Virus record (IMG/VR): IMGVR_UViG_3300027736_001324
Location: 186,001-250,000 of that record
Length of the DNA: 64,000 nt
Reading direction: 5' to 3' (one strand)
The notes beneath the pieces are model-generated. The model was not told the DNA's origin, ran no database searches, and saw only the letters and a list, made by a program, of their open reading frames with translations. Shown here in pieces: positions 28,001-37,745 of this stretch (within the stretch, counting starts at the first letter, position 1; each line of letters starts with the position of its first letter). The translations under genes were made by a program, and so were the position numbers.

Positions 28001-28732
28001 ATGAAAGATTATTTAAAAGACTTAATTGACCATACTCTTGGTCTTGGCACTATTGAACTTATTAAGGTCACTGGTACAGATACTGTAACTGCAATCAATG
28101 CAGTAGCAGAAAACAAAAGTGTTATCATTAGTGGTACATTCAAAGACCCGATCGCCGACTTCATTGGTGTATTCGGTATGCCTAACTTGAACAAACTCAA
28201 AACAATTATTGGGTTTGATGAATATGATGAAACATCTAAAATCAATGTTGTTCGTACTCAACGTGATGGTGTAGATGTGCCGTCTACTATTCACTTTGAA
28301 ACAAAGACTGGAGACTTTATTAACGATTATCGTCTTATGCTTAAAAGCGTAGTTGATGAAAAAGTTAAGAGTGTATCATTCAAGGGTGCTAAGTGGAATG
28401 TTGAATTTGAGCCTACAGTTGCTGGTATTCAACGGCTTAAGAAGCAAGCACAAGCAAACAGTGAAGAAGAACATTTTGTGTTCAAAACTGATGGTAGTGA
28501 TTTGAAAGTATTCTTTGGTGATGCGTCAACACACAGTGGTAACTTTGTATTCAACACTCCAGTAACTGGCACACTAGCTGGTACACACAAGTGGCCTGTT
28601 AAAGAATTCTTGAGTATCATGGATCTAGTTGGTGACAAGACAGTAAAGATTAGTGAACAAGGTGCGACTGAAATCACAGTTAATAGTGGTATCGCAACTT
28701 ATGTTTACTTATTGCCAGCTAATAAGAAATGA
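28001..28732 (+). CDS. putative sliding clamp (gp45/PCNA-like)
   Basis: 243 aa, beta-rich, directly after PolB, ends YVYLLPA like clamps; sequence evidence weak. Confidence 0.55.
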   Translation: MKDYLKDLIDHTLGLGTIELIKVTGTDTVTAINAVAENKSVIISGTFKDPIADFIGVFGMPNLNKLKTIIGFDEYDETSKINVVRTQRDGVDVPSTIHFETKTGDFINDYRLMLKSVVDEKVKSVSFKGAKWNVEFEPTVAGIQRLKKQAQANSEEEHFVFKTDGSDLKVFFGDASTHSGNFVFNTPVTGTLAGTHKWPVKEFLSIMDLVGDKTVKISEQGATEITVNSGIATYVYLLPANKK

Positions 28733-29106
28733 TCAAGAACATTTCTAGTTCCGGTAAGTACATAAATGTAATTGGTGAATCTGTTGCCAATTACATTAAT
28801 AATTATTCAGGGGCGCAAGGTGTCGGCAATATAAGATTCAATACAGTTAATCAAAGTATGGAAGTGTATGACGGTAATGGTTGGATACTACTTCAGATGG
28901 GACACGTTAATGTAGGGCTAAATGCTGAAGCAGAATCAATACTTGATTGGGCTAAAAAGAAGCGTGATGAAGAAATAGAAATTGATTTATTAGCTGCGGC
29001 CAATCCCACTGTCAAAAATTTACTTGAGCAAATAAAAGAAAAAGAAGACCAAATACAAATGGTCATGACCTTGATTAAGAAAGAAGTTTCAATTGAAACA
29101 AGATAA
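28729..29106 (+). CDS. hypothetical protein
   Basis: 125-aa ORF, C-terminal coiled coil. Confidence 0.65.
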   Translation: MIKNISSSGKYINVIGESVANYINNYSGAQGVGNIRFNTVNQSMEVYDGNGWILLQMGHVNVGLNAEAESILDWAKKKRDEEIEIDLLAAANPTVKNLLEQIKEKEDQIQMVMTLIKKEVSIETR

Positions 29107-30634
29107 TCTATCACAAAAACATAACCCAGACTGGGCATTATTTTTACCCGCAGTAAGTAGTTTTTATATTGCTGGCTTGGGTAAACAACGCAAGGGTGAA
29201 CAGTACTTTGATGCTGCACGTATCCCTGTAAGTTTCAATGGTGATGTTGAGAAACTAAACTTTCTTAATAGCAAAGAAGGTCTTTACTATTACAAGTGGG
29301 GATTGTACAGTGCTGGTCATGCTAACTTAGATACTACAGTTGATGATCCAAGTGAATCTATCATACGTGAACGTGAAGAAGGTACATTCATGTTGGGTGA
29401 TAGTGGTGGATTTCAGATTTTAAAAGGTCAATGGCCCGCAGACTGGAAAGATCCTAACTGTCCACGTGCCATGGTAAAGCGTAAAGCAGTATTGAAGTGG
29501 ATGGACACATACATGGACTATGGTATGTGCTTAGATATTCCTTCTCAATCATTAACTACGTTTGGCATGAAAGATAAGAATGGTAATAGCCTGCATGGTA
29601 TCAGTACTATTGAAGAAGCAATATCTGCCACACATATTAATAACGAATACTTTATAAATAATCGCTCAGGGAAATGTAAGTTTTTAAATGTGTTGCAAGG
29701 TCGCAATCATACTCAAAGTGATGATTGGTATGAGGAGATGAAGAAGTACTGTGATCCAAACATCTATCCAGACAATCATTTTAATGGTTGGGCATTTGGT
29801 GGTCAGAACAAGATTGACATTCATTTGACCTTGCGTAGATTGGTTGGTATTATCCATGATGGATTACTACAAGAAGGCAAGCACGACTTGATTCATTGTT
29901 TGGGTACAAGTATATTGGAGTATGCTGTATTGTTTACTGATATTCAAAAAGCTATACGTAAGTATCACAATCCAAATCTACAAATTACATTTGATTGTGC
30001 TAGTCCATTCTTTAGTGCTGCTAAGGGTCTTGCTTATTTCAATACAACTATTGAGCATAACAAGAAATGGTCTTATCAAATGGAAAAGACTGCTGAAAAG
30101 AAAAGTTATGCTAATGATATGCGTAAATATCGTGATGCTGTATTGGCTGATGGTGTACATAAATCATTTACTGATAGTCCGGTAACTGATGCATTAGTAA
30201 TGAAAGATATGTGTTATCGTGGTGTGGGCTTCTTAGGACAGCACGGTAAAGAAACTAAAACAAGCTGGGATACACTAAGCTACACATTGATTCAAAGTCA
30301 TAATGTTTGGATGCACATGAATGCGGTACAAGAGGCTAATCGTCAATATGAAACAGGTGTAGTTCCAAAGATGTTGGTGCATAAGTTTGAAGGTGATAAC
30401 TTCTTTGGCAATATTATTGATGAAATCTTTTCTAAAAAAACAAAGCAAGAGTCATTAGAGTTGATTGATTATCATAGTAGTTATTGGAAACAATTCCAAT
30501 CAGGTAGTCAGGGTATTAGCGGTAAGAAAACGGTTAATGCTATGAGTATGTTTGAAGAATTGTTTACAGTAGATGAAGAACCAATTGAGGAAATAGAAGA
30601 TAGCGATGAAGCTATGTCATTAGTTTTGGAGTAA
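29093..30634 (+). CDS. dpdA: TGT-fold guanine transglycosylase (DpdA-like)
   Basis: MLGDSGGFQ (TGT DSGG motif), CLDIP, LNVLQG, GWAFGG, IHCLG, FDCAS; beside QueD/FolE/QueE genes. Confidence 0.8.
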   Translation: MKQDNLSQKHNPDWALFLPAVSSFYIAGLGKQRKGEQYFDAARIPVSFNGDVEKLNFLNSKEGLYYYKWGLYSAGHANLDTTVDDPSESIIREREEGTFMLGDSGGFQILKGQWPADWKDPNCPRAMVKRKAVLKWMDTYMDYGMCLDIPSQSLTTFGMKDKNGNSLHGISTIEEAISATHINNEYFINNRSGKCKFLNVLQGRNHTQSDDWYEEMKKYCDPNIYPDNHFNGWAFGGQNKIDIHLTLRRLVGIIHDGLLQEGKHDLIHCLGTSILEYAVLFTDIQKAIRKYHNPNLQITFDCASPFFSAAKGLAYFNTTIEHNKKWSYQMEKTAEKKSYANDMRKYRDAVLADGVHKSFTDSPVTDALVMKDMCYRGVGFLGQHGKETKTSWDTLSYTLIQSHNVWMHMNAVQEANRQYETGVVPKMLVHKFEGDNFFGNIIDEIFSKKTKQESLELIDYHSSYWKQFQSGSQGISGKKTVNAMSMFEELFTVDEEPIEEIEDSDEAMSLVLE

Positions 30635-30638
30635 TAAT

Positions 30639-30848
30639 ATGTATAAACAACGAATTGCTAAACTACAACAGAGGGCCATAGACCTTGATAAAGAAATCTT
30701 GAAGGCAGAAAAGGATACTAACTTTAACAAAGACGCCCTTAAAGCTATGCTGATAGACAGAAATGATGTATACTCTGAGATAAGAAGATATACAAAACTT
30801 CAATGGGATGAAGACCACGAAAGTGTTAATTTTGAGGATGATAGATAA
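30639..30848 (+). CDS. hypothetical protein
   Basis: 69-aa coiled-coil ORF. Confidence 0.6.
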   Translation: MYKQRIAKLQQRAIDLDKEILKAEKDTNFNKDALKAMLIDRNDVYSEIRRYTKLQWDEDHESVNFEDDR

Positions 30849-31300
30849 TGGAACAACAAGAACAAGCTGATATGGAAAAGCGTCAACGCATTAAAGATAA
30901 AGCATTTCGTACAATCTTTGTACGATTTCAAAAAGAAGGTATTCATAAATACCCCGCAGCAGCAACAGACCCGTCACTTGCTACAGGTGATGAGTATGAT
31001 GTTAGCTTTTTAGCAACTCCACATCGTCACATATTTCATTTTGAAGTGACAATTGAAGTATTTCACAACGACCGTGATATTGAGTTTATTCAATTCAAAC
31101 GATGGTTAGAGAATCAATATTCTCAAGGAATCTTAGCATTGGATTACAAAAGTTGTGAAATGATTAGCGATGACCTTTATGAAGTTATTGCAACTCGGTA
31201 TCCAAATCGTAATATCAAAATCAAAGTCTCTGAAGATGATGAGAATGGTGCTACGATTTCTTATAACAGAACTCAACCTTATCGTAACCTCGCTATTTAA
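30848..31300 (+). CDS. QueD-like T-fold protein (second paralog)
   Basis: EGIHKY..PHRHIFHF, SCEM, VSEDDENG. Confidence 0.7.
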   Translation: MEQQEQADMEKRQRIKDKAFRTIFVRFQKEGIHKYPAAATDPSLATGDEYDVSFLATPHRHIFHFEVTIEVFHNDRDIEFIQFKRWLENQYSQGILALDYKSCEMISDDLYEVIATRYPNRNIKIKVSEDDENGATISYNRTQPYRNLAI

Positions 31301-31312
31301 AGGAAATATAAA

Positions 31313-31519
31313 ATGGCAAAACAAACTTTTCAATCAAACCCACGTGTTACTCAAATCTTTGAGGACCTAGAAAAATATCTAGAATTCTGCGTGGATTACG
31401 GTTATAAATACAATGAAGCAGAACTCTATGATCAACGGAGTTATGTATATCGTCAGTATAGTAAATTTGCTACAGGCAAATTTGCTAAAGATCAATGGCA
31501 GGAAAACGCTCGTCCATAA
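31313..31519 (+). CDS. hypothetical protein
   Basis: 68-aa ORF with SD AAGGA. Confidence 0.65.
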   Translation: MAKQTFQSNPRVTQIFEDLEKYLEFCVDYGYKYNEAELYDQRSYVYRQYSKFATGKFAKDQWQENARP

Positions 31520-31523
31520 TGTT

Positions 31524-32102
31524 ATGATTAACCACCCCGTTAATAATTCTGACTTATCAGTTTATGAATATGATTTGCTACCGGAGTTTGACTTCACTAA
31601 GTTGGCTAGTTATATAAACGAATACAAAGAACAATATCCTAAAAATTATTATACTGATGGATATTGGGACGGGGGTAATTGGTGGCATTCAGACTATATT
31701 GTACATTATCAAACTGATAAATTTAACGACTTAATAGCAAATATAGAAGAAAAGGCAACATCTATAATGCCCTCACAGAATATAAATGTTAGTTTGGAAG
31801 TGAAAGAGTCATGGATAATTGATTATAAAAGATTAAGTTTTCACAAAGAACATGATCACAGTCCAATTGGATTTAGTGCAGTATGTTATATAGATACAGT
31901 TTATGCATCTGATATTTGGTTTAACAAAACTAAAATAACACCTGAAACCGGGAAGTTAATAATATTTCCCGGCTCACTAAAACACAAAGTTAGCCCAATG
32001 ACAAATTCAAATGGACATAGATTGATAATGGCTTTTAATTTATTTCCGAAAATAAACTATGACAAGCTAAACAAATATATAGATGATATAAAAAATGCGT
32101 AA
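31524..32102 (+). CDS. 2OG-Fe(II) oxygenase-like protein
   Basis: HKEHDH..FSAVCY, PETGKLIIFPGSLKHKV, RLIMAFN. Confidence 0.78.
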   Translation: MINHPVNNSDLSVYEYDLLPEFDFTKLASYINEYKEQYPKNYYTDGYWDGGNWWHSDYIVHYQTDKFNDLIANIEEKATSIMPSQNINVSLEVKESWIIDYKRLSFHKEHDHSPIGFSAVCYIDTVYASDIWFNKTKITPETGKLIIFPGSLKHKVSPMTNSNGHRLIMAFNLFPKINYDKLNKYIDDIKNA

Positions 32103-33282
32103 ACTATTTTACATGGGTCTTGAACCCTACAAAGCAAGGTATACTCTACAGTTACAAGACTGGAATACTACTGTGTTTGATAAAAGAGGCATCAACTATG
32201 TTGTAGTCTCTGGTGAAACACTAAGTAATGATCAAGCAATTGTGACAGGTCAAGTATTAGATGCACATGGTCGTACATATTTTGGTATGTCACAATTGAT
32301 GAATCTAATCAAAATGATGAAACAAGGAGAATTAAATAATGAAGATGTTATCTACTTTGAGGACATGTTTCAACCCGGTATTGAAAGCCTTCCTTATATC
32401 CTCAATCAAATCGATGCTAGTCACCGGCCTCGTATTTTTGTTCGCTGTCTTGCCCAGTCTATTGATCCTGACGATTTTGTTCATGTGTGGAATATGCAAG
32501 AGTTTATGGGTCATTATGAAAAGATGGTGGACTCATTTGTGGATGGAGTACTCGCAACTAATGAAGAAATGGTAATGCATATGAAGATTGCAGGTTGGAA
32601 GGCACCAATCTACAATATCAGTGGGTTAGCATTTGGCAAGAGTGAAGTGCAAGGTCGTGTCGCAAGTATCAAACCATTCAATGAACGCAAGAACCGTGTA
32701 GTATTTTCTGCACGATGGGATCAGGAGAAACAACCTGATTTCTATATGGATTTAATTGAGCAATGGTACAGCAAAGAAAATCCAAATCATCCTATAAGTA
32801 GTATTGAATTCTGTGTATGTAGTGGTGGCAAATTAAAATCCAATAGCGACAGTTATATGCAACGAACTCGTGACATGCAATCACGCGGGTTATTGAAAGT
32901 TTATGAGGATCTAGAAAAGAATGACTACTACAACATTGTTAATGATAGTCGGGTTGTATTTAACTGTGCGTTACAGGACTGGGTTTCAAACACAGTCAGT
33001 GAGGCTGATGCTCTCGGATGTAATGTTCTCTATCCTGCTTATCGCAGTTTCCCTGAAACTTTCGCTAACGATCCTGAACGTTTGTATATTCCTTGGTCTA
33101 TTGATAATGCTATTGGTAAGTTGCGTCGGCTATTACAAGAGCCTCATAAGAATATGGGAAAGATAAGTGACCGAAACGATAGCACAGTAGATAGAATCTG
33201 TGATATACTTGAAGGCAAGGGCGAGTCTATGCTACGAATGGGTGTAGACTATCGTAAATATACTAGAGAAAGCAAATACTGA
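32095..33282 (+). CDS. GT-B fold glycosyltransferase
   Basis: VVFSARWDQEKQP, FNCALQDWVSNTVSEADALGCNVLYP. Confidence 0.8.
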   Translation: MRKLFYMGLEPYKARYTLQLQDWNTTVFDKRGINYVVVSGETLSNDQAIVTGQVLDAHGRTYFGMSQLMNLIKMMKQGELNNEDVIYFEDMFQPGIESLPYILNQIDASHRPRIFVRCLAQSIDPDDFVHVWNMQEFMGHYEKMVDSFVDGVLATNEEMVMHMKIAGWKAPIYNISGLAFGKSEVQGRVASIKPFNERKNRVVFSARWDQEKQPDFYMDLIEQWYSKENPNHPISSIEFCVCSGGKLKSNSDSYMQRTRDMQSRGLLKVYEDLEKNDYYNIVNDSRVVFNCALQDWVSNTVSEADALGCNVLYPAYRSFPETFANDPERLYIPWSIDNAIGKLRRLLQEPHKNMGKISDRNDSTVDRICDILEGKGESMLRMGVDYRKYTRESKY

Positions 33283-33283
33283 T

Positions 33284-33571
33284 ATGTCAAGAATTCCAAC
33301 AGACCTAACAGATGAAGAAATTGAAGAATGCATTGATGGCAGCAGCGATGTTGATATGATACGTGAAATCATGACCATGGAAGATGTGTGGGATAAAGAT
33401 AGTACTCATATAAATGAAGAAAACTTTGCTACACGTTTTGCTTATGCGATTGAAGGCTTCATTGATGCTGATGATCATACCCCTGAATATGATGAAGCAT
33501 GGGATAACAACTATGAGTGGGCAATGAGTATTGCCGAGAACATTAACGATTTATTAACTGAGGAAGAATAA
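33284..33571 (+). CDS. highly acidic small protein
   Basis: 30 D/E versus 4 K/R in 95 aa. Confidence 0.65.
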   Translation: MSRIPTDLTDEEIEECIDGSSDVDMIREIMTMEDVWDKDSTHINEENFATRFAYAIEGFIDADDHTPEYDEAWDNNYEWAMSIAENINDLLTEEE

Positions 33572-33572
33572 A

Positions 33573-33989
33573 ATGACAACATGGACATTAAAAACTCAAC
33601 ATAAAAAGAGTGCAATTGAAAAACAACACTGGTACAAAGACGGTAAAGAAATTATCCGTACTGAGGGTTATCGTTGGGGGATATTCTATTGCGAAAGTGA
33701 TACACAACCTAAAATTGATTTAGTCAATGAGGATGGTTATCAGATTGGTAGCGATGATTATGAATGGGAACTTGAACATCTAGATGATGGTTGTTATGCT
33801 GATTGGGAATTCCCTGAGGATATGAGTGAAGAAGAACAAGAAAAAATAACAGAGGCATGGGAAGAAGAATTCTATGATGGGCTAGAAGAATTGGGTTGGA
33901 GTTGTGATGATACAGATTACATACTTGAAGGTCCTCTAGAGTTGTTAGATGAAGATGATAATATTGTGGGTCAAGGCGATCCAAGCTAA
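33573..33989 (+). CDS. acidic hypothetical protein
   Basis: 138 aa, about 40 D/E. Confidence 0.7.
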   Translation: MTTWTLKTQHKKSAIEKQHWYKDGKEIIRTEGYRWGIFYCESDTQPKIDLVNEDGYQIGSDDYEWELEHLDDGCYADWEFPEDMSEEEQEKITEAWEEEFYDGLEELGWSCDDTDYILEGPLELLDEDDNIVGQGDPS

Positions 33990-34011
33990 ATAAATTTTTA
34001 AAGGAAATAAA

Positions 34012-34200
34012 ATGAACGCACATAATGATATTAAAACACAATTGGCAGCATACGAAGCCGAACATGAAAAGTTTGAAAAGGGTAATGCAGCAGCAGGAAC
34101 TCGTGCCCGTAAAGCGTTGGGTGAACTAGCTAAAGCAGTTAAGGCTCGCCGTAACGAAATCACCGCTGAGAAAGCAGCACGTAAAGAAGCTAAGGCTTAA
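34012..34200 (+). CDS. histone H1-like (Hc1-family) protein
   Basis: FEKGNAAAGTRARKALGELAK resembles the Hc1-family N-terminus. Confidence 0.6.
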   Translation: MNAHNDIKTQLAAYEAEHEKFEKGNAAAGTRARKALGELAKAVKARRNEITAEKAARKEAKA

Positions 34201-34202
34201 TC

Positions 34203-34409
34203 ATGGCAACCCGCAAAAAGAAAACAGAAACTATTGATGCTACTGGACAAGATGTAGTAAAGATAGTTAAAGGTACACACTTGACAGTTACAACATTTCC
34301 AAATGGCAAAACTGAATTAGTTTGGGACGATGAAGCCCTATTGCGGGAAGTTACTGAAGCTATTGCTAGCGTTAAGCCAGCAAAAAAATCAAAAGCAAAA
34401 TCAAAGTGA
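34203..34409 (+). CDS. hypothetical protein
   Basis: 68-aa ORF with basic ends. Confidence 0.6.
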   Translation: MATRKKKTETIDATGQDVVKIVKGTHLTVTTFPNGKTELVWDDEALLREVTEAIASVKPAKKSKAKSK

Positions 34410-34418
34410 TAAATAAAT

Positions 34419-34446
34419 ATGTAAGCAGCACAACGGTTGCTTACAT
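34419..34446 (+). promoter_or_regulatory. 5' leader hairpin upstream of folE
   Basis: ATGTAAGCA/TGCTTACAT 9-bp stem right after GATAAATA. Confidence 0.55.
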
Positions 34447-34481
34447 TTCAAAACACAAACCATCACAAAGGAAGGTTATCT

Positions 34482-35162
34482 ATGAGTTATAATAAAACAA
34501 AAACAGATCCAGAGTTGGGTCAAAAAGTACACGAACATTTGATTAAGATGGGAGTTGAAACTCCAATCAAAGACGGAGGTCAAATTGTTGATCGTAAAGG
34601 CAAAGTACAAGTTATTGAAACTTTATTTGCTGACATTATGGTAGCGTTGGGTCTTGACTTAACTGATGACAGTCTTATGGACACCCCAAAGCGTGTAGCA
34701 AAGATGTATGTCAACGAAATCTTTTGGGGTCTTGATTATGAAGCATTCCCTAAATGTACCGCAGTTGATAACAAAATGAAGTACAACGAAATGGTATGCG
34801 AACGCAATATCAATGTACAAAGTAACTGTGAACATCACTTTGTCGTCATTGACGGTCTTGCTACTGTAGCATATGTTCCCAATCAAAAGGTGCTTGGATT
34901 GAGTAAAATCAATCGTATCGTAGAATATTTTAGCAAGCGTCCACAAATTCAAGAACGATTGACTGAACAAATCTTTCACGCATTGCAATATATTCTGGAA
35001 ACAGAAGATGTTGCGGTTATGATTGACGCTAAACATTACTGTGTAGCCGCACGTGGCGTAGAAGATACTGGTAGTAGTACTGTCACTAGTAAGTTGGGCG
35101 GAGGATTTAAATCTGACCCGGCAGCAAGAGCAGAATTCTATCAACTGGCTAGGAAACAATAA
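34482..35162 (+). CDS. folE: GTP cyclohydrolase I
   Basis: DTPKRVAKMY, SNCEHH, GLSKINR, RPQIQERLT, HYCVAARG. Confidence 0.95.
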   Translation: MSYNKTKTDPELGQKVHEHLIKMGVETPIKDGGQIVDRKGKVQVIETLFADIMVALGLDLTDDSLMDTPKRVAKMYVNEIFWGLDYEAFPKCTAVDNKMKYNEMVCERNINVQSNCEHHFVVIDGLATVAYVPNQKVLGLSKINRIVEYFSKRPQIQERLTEQIFHALQYILETEDVAVMIDAKHYCVAARGVEDTGSSTVTSKLGGGFKSDPAARAEFYQLARKQ

Positions 35163-35329
35163 TGGAAGTACAACCTAAAGATACAAGCAAGGGACATTTT
35201 TATGTTAGCCTTGTAAAGAGTGCCATCCGTATCGTAGCAGGTGCTTGCTTAATTGGAGGAAACTTGTTAATGGCAGGATATTGTCTAATCATAGCAGAAA
35301 TGCTTGGTATTGTTGAGGAGTTAGTATAA
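35162..35329 (+). CDS. small membrane protein
   Basis: 55-aa hydrophobic ORF (MEVQPKDTSK...) coupled to both neighbours. Confidence 0.6.
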   Translation: MEVQPKDTSKGHFYVSLVKSAIRIVAGACLIGGNLLMAGYCLIIAEMLGIVEELV

Positions 35330-35565
35330 TGGGATTTCATAAACCAATGGACTATAACAGTGTACATCATCAAATTTATATGGCCGGAGTAGAATTACAT
35401 TCTAGTCATAATGACGGATTCACTACTTGGGAAATCAAAAAAGATTTACATCGTATCAAGTGGTTGTTAGATGAAATCATGGCTGATGCTCCGACCTTTG
35501 CAGGAGAAGAAGAATTCTTAGATGAACATTCTAAAGTAAAGATGTGGAGAACATTGAAAAAATGA
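35329..35565 (+). CDS. hypothetical protein
   Basis: 78-aa ORF. Confidence 0.65.
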   Translation: MGFHKPMDYNSVHHQIYMAGVELHSSHNDGFTTWEIKKDLHRIKWLLDEIMADAPTFAGEEEFLDEHSKVKMWRTLKK

Positions 35566-36026
35566 TATTCAATAGAATTAAAGAATTAAAACTACAAGGC
35601 TTAAAGATAGGTATTGTATTCTCACAATTTGATATTCTACACGCAGGACATATCGCAATGCTTAGTGAAGCCAAGAATCATTGTGATTACCTAATTGCTG
35701 GATTACAAAACAATGCACAATGGGATAGACCAGATAAGAATGCACCCATTCAAAGTATTGTTGAAAGACAAATCAGTTTAAGTGCTGTCCGTTTCGTAGA
35801 TGAAATTGTTGTTTACAATACTGAAAAAGATTTGGAAGACATACTGTTGACATTGCCTGTAGATGTGCGTATACTAGGGGTTGAGTACATGGAGAAAGAC
35901 TTTACCGGACGAGCAATCTGTGAGAAGCGTAAGATTGAATTAGTATTCAATAGTCGTGACCATAGTTTCAGCAGTAGCAGTTTGCGTAAGAGAGTAGCAG
36001 AAGCGGAACAAAATAAGGTGAAATAA
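35562..36026 (+). CDS. cytidylyltransferase (TagD-like)
   Basis: FDILHAGH, DYLIAGLQ, PIQSIVER, VDEIVVY, FSSSSLR. Confidence 0.85.
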   Translation: MIFNRIKELKLQGLKIGIVFSQFDILHAGHIAMLSEAKNHCDYLIAGLQNNAQWDRPDKNAPIQSIVERQISLSAVRFVDEIVVYNTEKDLEDILLTLPVDVRILGVEYMEKDFTGRAICEKRKIELVFNSRDHSFSSSSLRKRVAEAEQNKVK

Positions 36027-36337
36027 TGGACAGAGAAGAAGATCAGTTTACTAGAAATTTTGATGTTAAAAGAATTTCAAGAAGTTATTCTAATGCCCGT
36101 TCTCATTACGACTCATTTAATACTTATGGTCACAAATCTTATACTTATTATAGCCATGATGATGAAATGCTAGATGTTGAAATGTCTAGACGAGGCTGGG
36201 ATGAACTTATGCGCTATTATAGAATGAATGAAAAATGTTCAGCACTAGAAACTTACGAACACGTTATGCGAGAAAAACATCCTGCTATTAAAGATGCATA
36301 TGAAAAATATCAAATGTTAATGGAGTTATACAGATGA
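36026..36337 (+). CDS. hypothetical protein
   Basis: 103-aa ORF. Confidence 0.6.
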   Translation: MDREEDQFTRNFDVKRISRSYSNARSHYDSFNTYGHKSYTYYSHDDEMLDVEMSRRGWDELMRYYRMNEKCSALETYEHVMREKHPAIKDAYEKYQMLMELYR

Positions 36338-37191
36338 CAAAGAAAATACTTATTATGGGCTTGCCTGGCGCAGGCAAAACATTCTTAGCTACGGCATTGA
36401 AGAAATACATTGAAGAAAATTCAGGTATTCATCATTTTCCAATGGATCGTGCTGTTAATATGGAATATGTTCCACATAACTATAAATGTAGTGTAGATTG
36501 GTTCAATGCCGACGAAATTCGTAAACGATTTAATGATTGGGACTTTAGCCGTGAAGGTCGTATTCGTCAATCATTGCGTATGGCTGAGTTTGCATTAAAA
36601 TGTACTAGTGACTTTGTTATATGTGACTTTGTTGCACCATTAGTTGAGATGCGTAATAACTTCAAAGCTGATTGGACTATCTGGGTCGATACTATTGACC
36701 AAGGTCGCTTTGATGACACAAACAAAGCATTTATTCCACCAGATGTATATGATTTCCGTGTGACTGAACAAAATGCTGACAAGTGGGCAGAGTTTATTGG
36801 TCAACATATACTAGACAATCGGCGTAGACCAGTCTTTGATTGGAAGAAAGAAACGGTACAGATGTTAGGTCGTTGGCAACCATGGCATGCTGGTCATCGT
36901 GCATTGTTTGAAAGATTGATAGCAAAAACTGGGCAAGTTGTTATTCAAGTACGTGATGTACAAGGATGGCAAGGAAGTAATCCTTTTGCGATTGAACAAG
37001 TTAAGGGGTTTATTCGTAAAGATTTGGATCCAATCTATCAAGGCCAATATGAGATACAAGTTGTACCCAATATTGTCCATATCGGATGGGGTCGTGGAGT
37101 AGGTTATACATCGGGTGAAGAAACATTTGATGAAAGTATTACTCAAATTAGTGCTACTAATATCCGAAAAGAAATGAATTTAGGTAAATAG
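36334..37191 (+). CDS. APS-kinase-like P-loop kinase fused to HxGH nucleotidyltransferase
   Basis: GLPGAGKT, NADEIR, DFSREGR, CDFVAP; C-terminal GRWQPWHAGH. Confidence 0.8.
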   Translation: MTKKILIMGLPGAGKTFLATALKKYIEENSGIHHFPMDRAVNMEYVPHNYKCSVDWFNADEIRKRFNDWDFSREGRIRQSLRMAEFALKCTSDFVICDFVAPLVEMRNNFKADWTIWVDTIDQGRFDDTNKAFIPPDVYDFRVTEQNADKWAEFIGQHILDNRRRPVFDWKKETVQMLGRWQPWHAGHRALFERLIAKTGQVVIQVRDVQGWQGSNPFAIEQVKGFIRKDLDPIYQGQYEIQVVPNIVHIGWGRGVGYTSGEETFDESITQISATNIRKEMNLGK

Positions 37192-37192
37192 A

Positions 37193-37260
37193 TATAACCG
37201 GTCTCTTATGGGCTCATCCCGGTATACAAATTCTGCGTCCTATGCTATAATAACATAGGA
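37193..37260 (+). promoter_or_regulatory. structured leader upstream of queD
   Basis: ACCGG/CCGGT stem, then TCCTATG/CATAGGA stem covering the SD AGGAG. Confidence 0.5.
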
Positions 37261-37267
37261 GAACATC

Positions 37268-37741
37268 ATGGCAAAATATATTTCAACAAAGACTTACAAG
37301 CAGATAGGTCCAGTAGCTTATCGTCAATGGCGTGCAGATAGTCATTGCAATCTAATACATGGCTACGCACTTTCATTTCATTTTGAATTTGAAGCTGATA
37401 CATTAGATGCCCGTAATTGGGTAACAGACTTTGGTGGACTAAAGCCTCTAAAATCTGTATTAGAAGATTGGTTTGATCATACATTACTAGTCGCACAAGA
37501 TGACCCAATGCGTGAACATTTACTTGAGTTGGGTAGACTTAAGCTAGCAAAGATTACAGAAGTTGAAAAGACTGGCTGTGAGGGTATTGCTGATTTCTTA
37601 TACGAATACATTAACACTATTCTATTGCCTAGCTTTGGTGCTAGTGAAGCAGAACGTGTTTGGTGTAGCAAAGTAGAAGTAAGAGAAACAGATGCTAACA
37701 TGGCAATGCGTGTTGGGCATAGAGAAGATAGGGAGTTTTAA
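37268..37741 (+). CDS. queD: 6-carboxytetrahydropterin synthase
   Basis: SHCNLIHGY, WVTDFGGLK, FDHTLL, GCEGIA, VEVRET. Confidence 0.88.
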   Translation: MAKYISTKTYKQIGPVAYRQWRADSHCNLIHGYALSFHFEFEADTLDARNWVTDFGGLKPLKSVLEDWFDHTLLVAQDDPMREHLLELGRLKLAKITEVEKTGCEGIADFLYEYINTILLPSFGASEAERVWCSKVEVRETDANMAMRVGHREDREF

Positions 37742-37745
37742 TAAT

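Noticed and set aside
29093-30634. Ordinary tRNA-guanine transglycosylase for queuosine
   Set aside because: Not excluded, but the divergent sequence, lack of the C-terminal zinc-binding CxCxxC motif and position next to PolB and FolE/QueD/QueE favour a DNA-acting DpdA.
37193-37260. Known preQ1 riboswitch upstream of queD
   Set aside because: No preQ1-I stem-loop/A-rich tail signature recognisable by eye.
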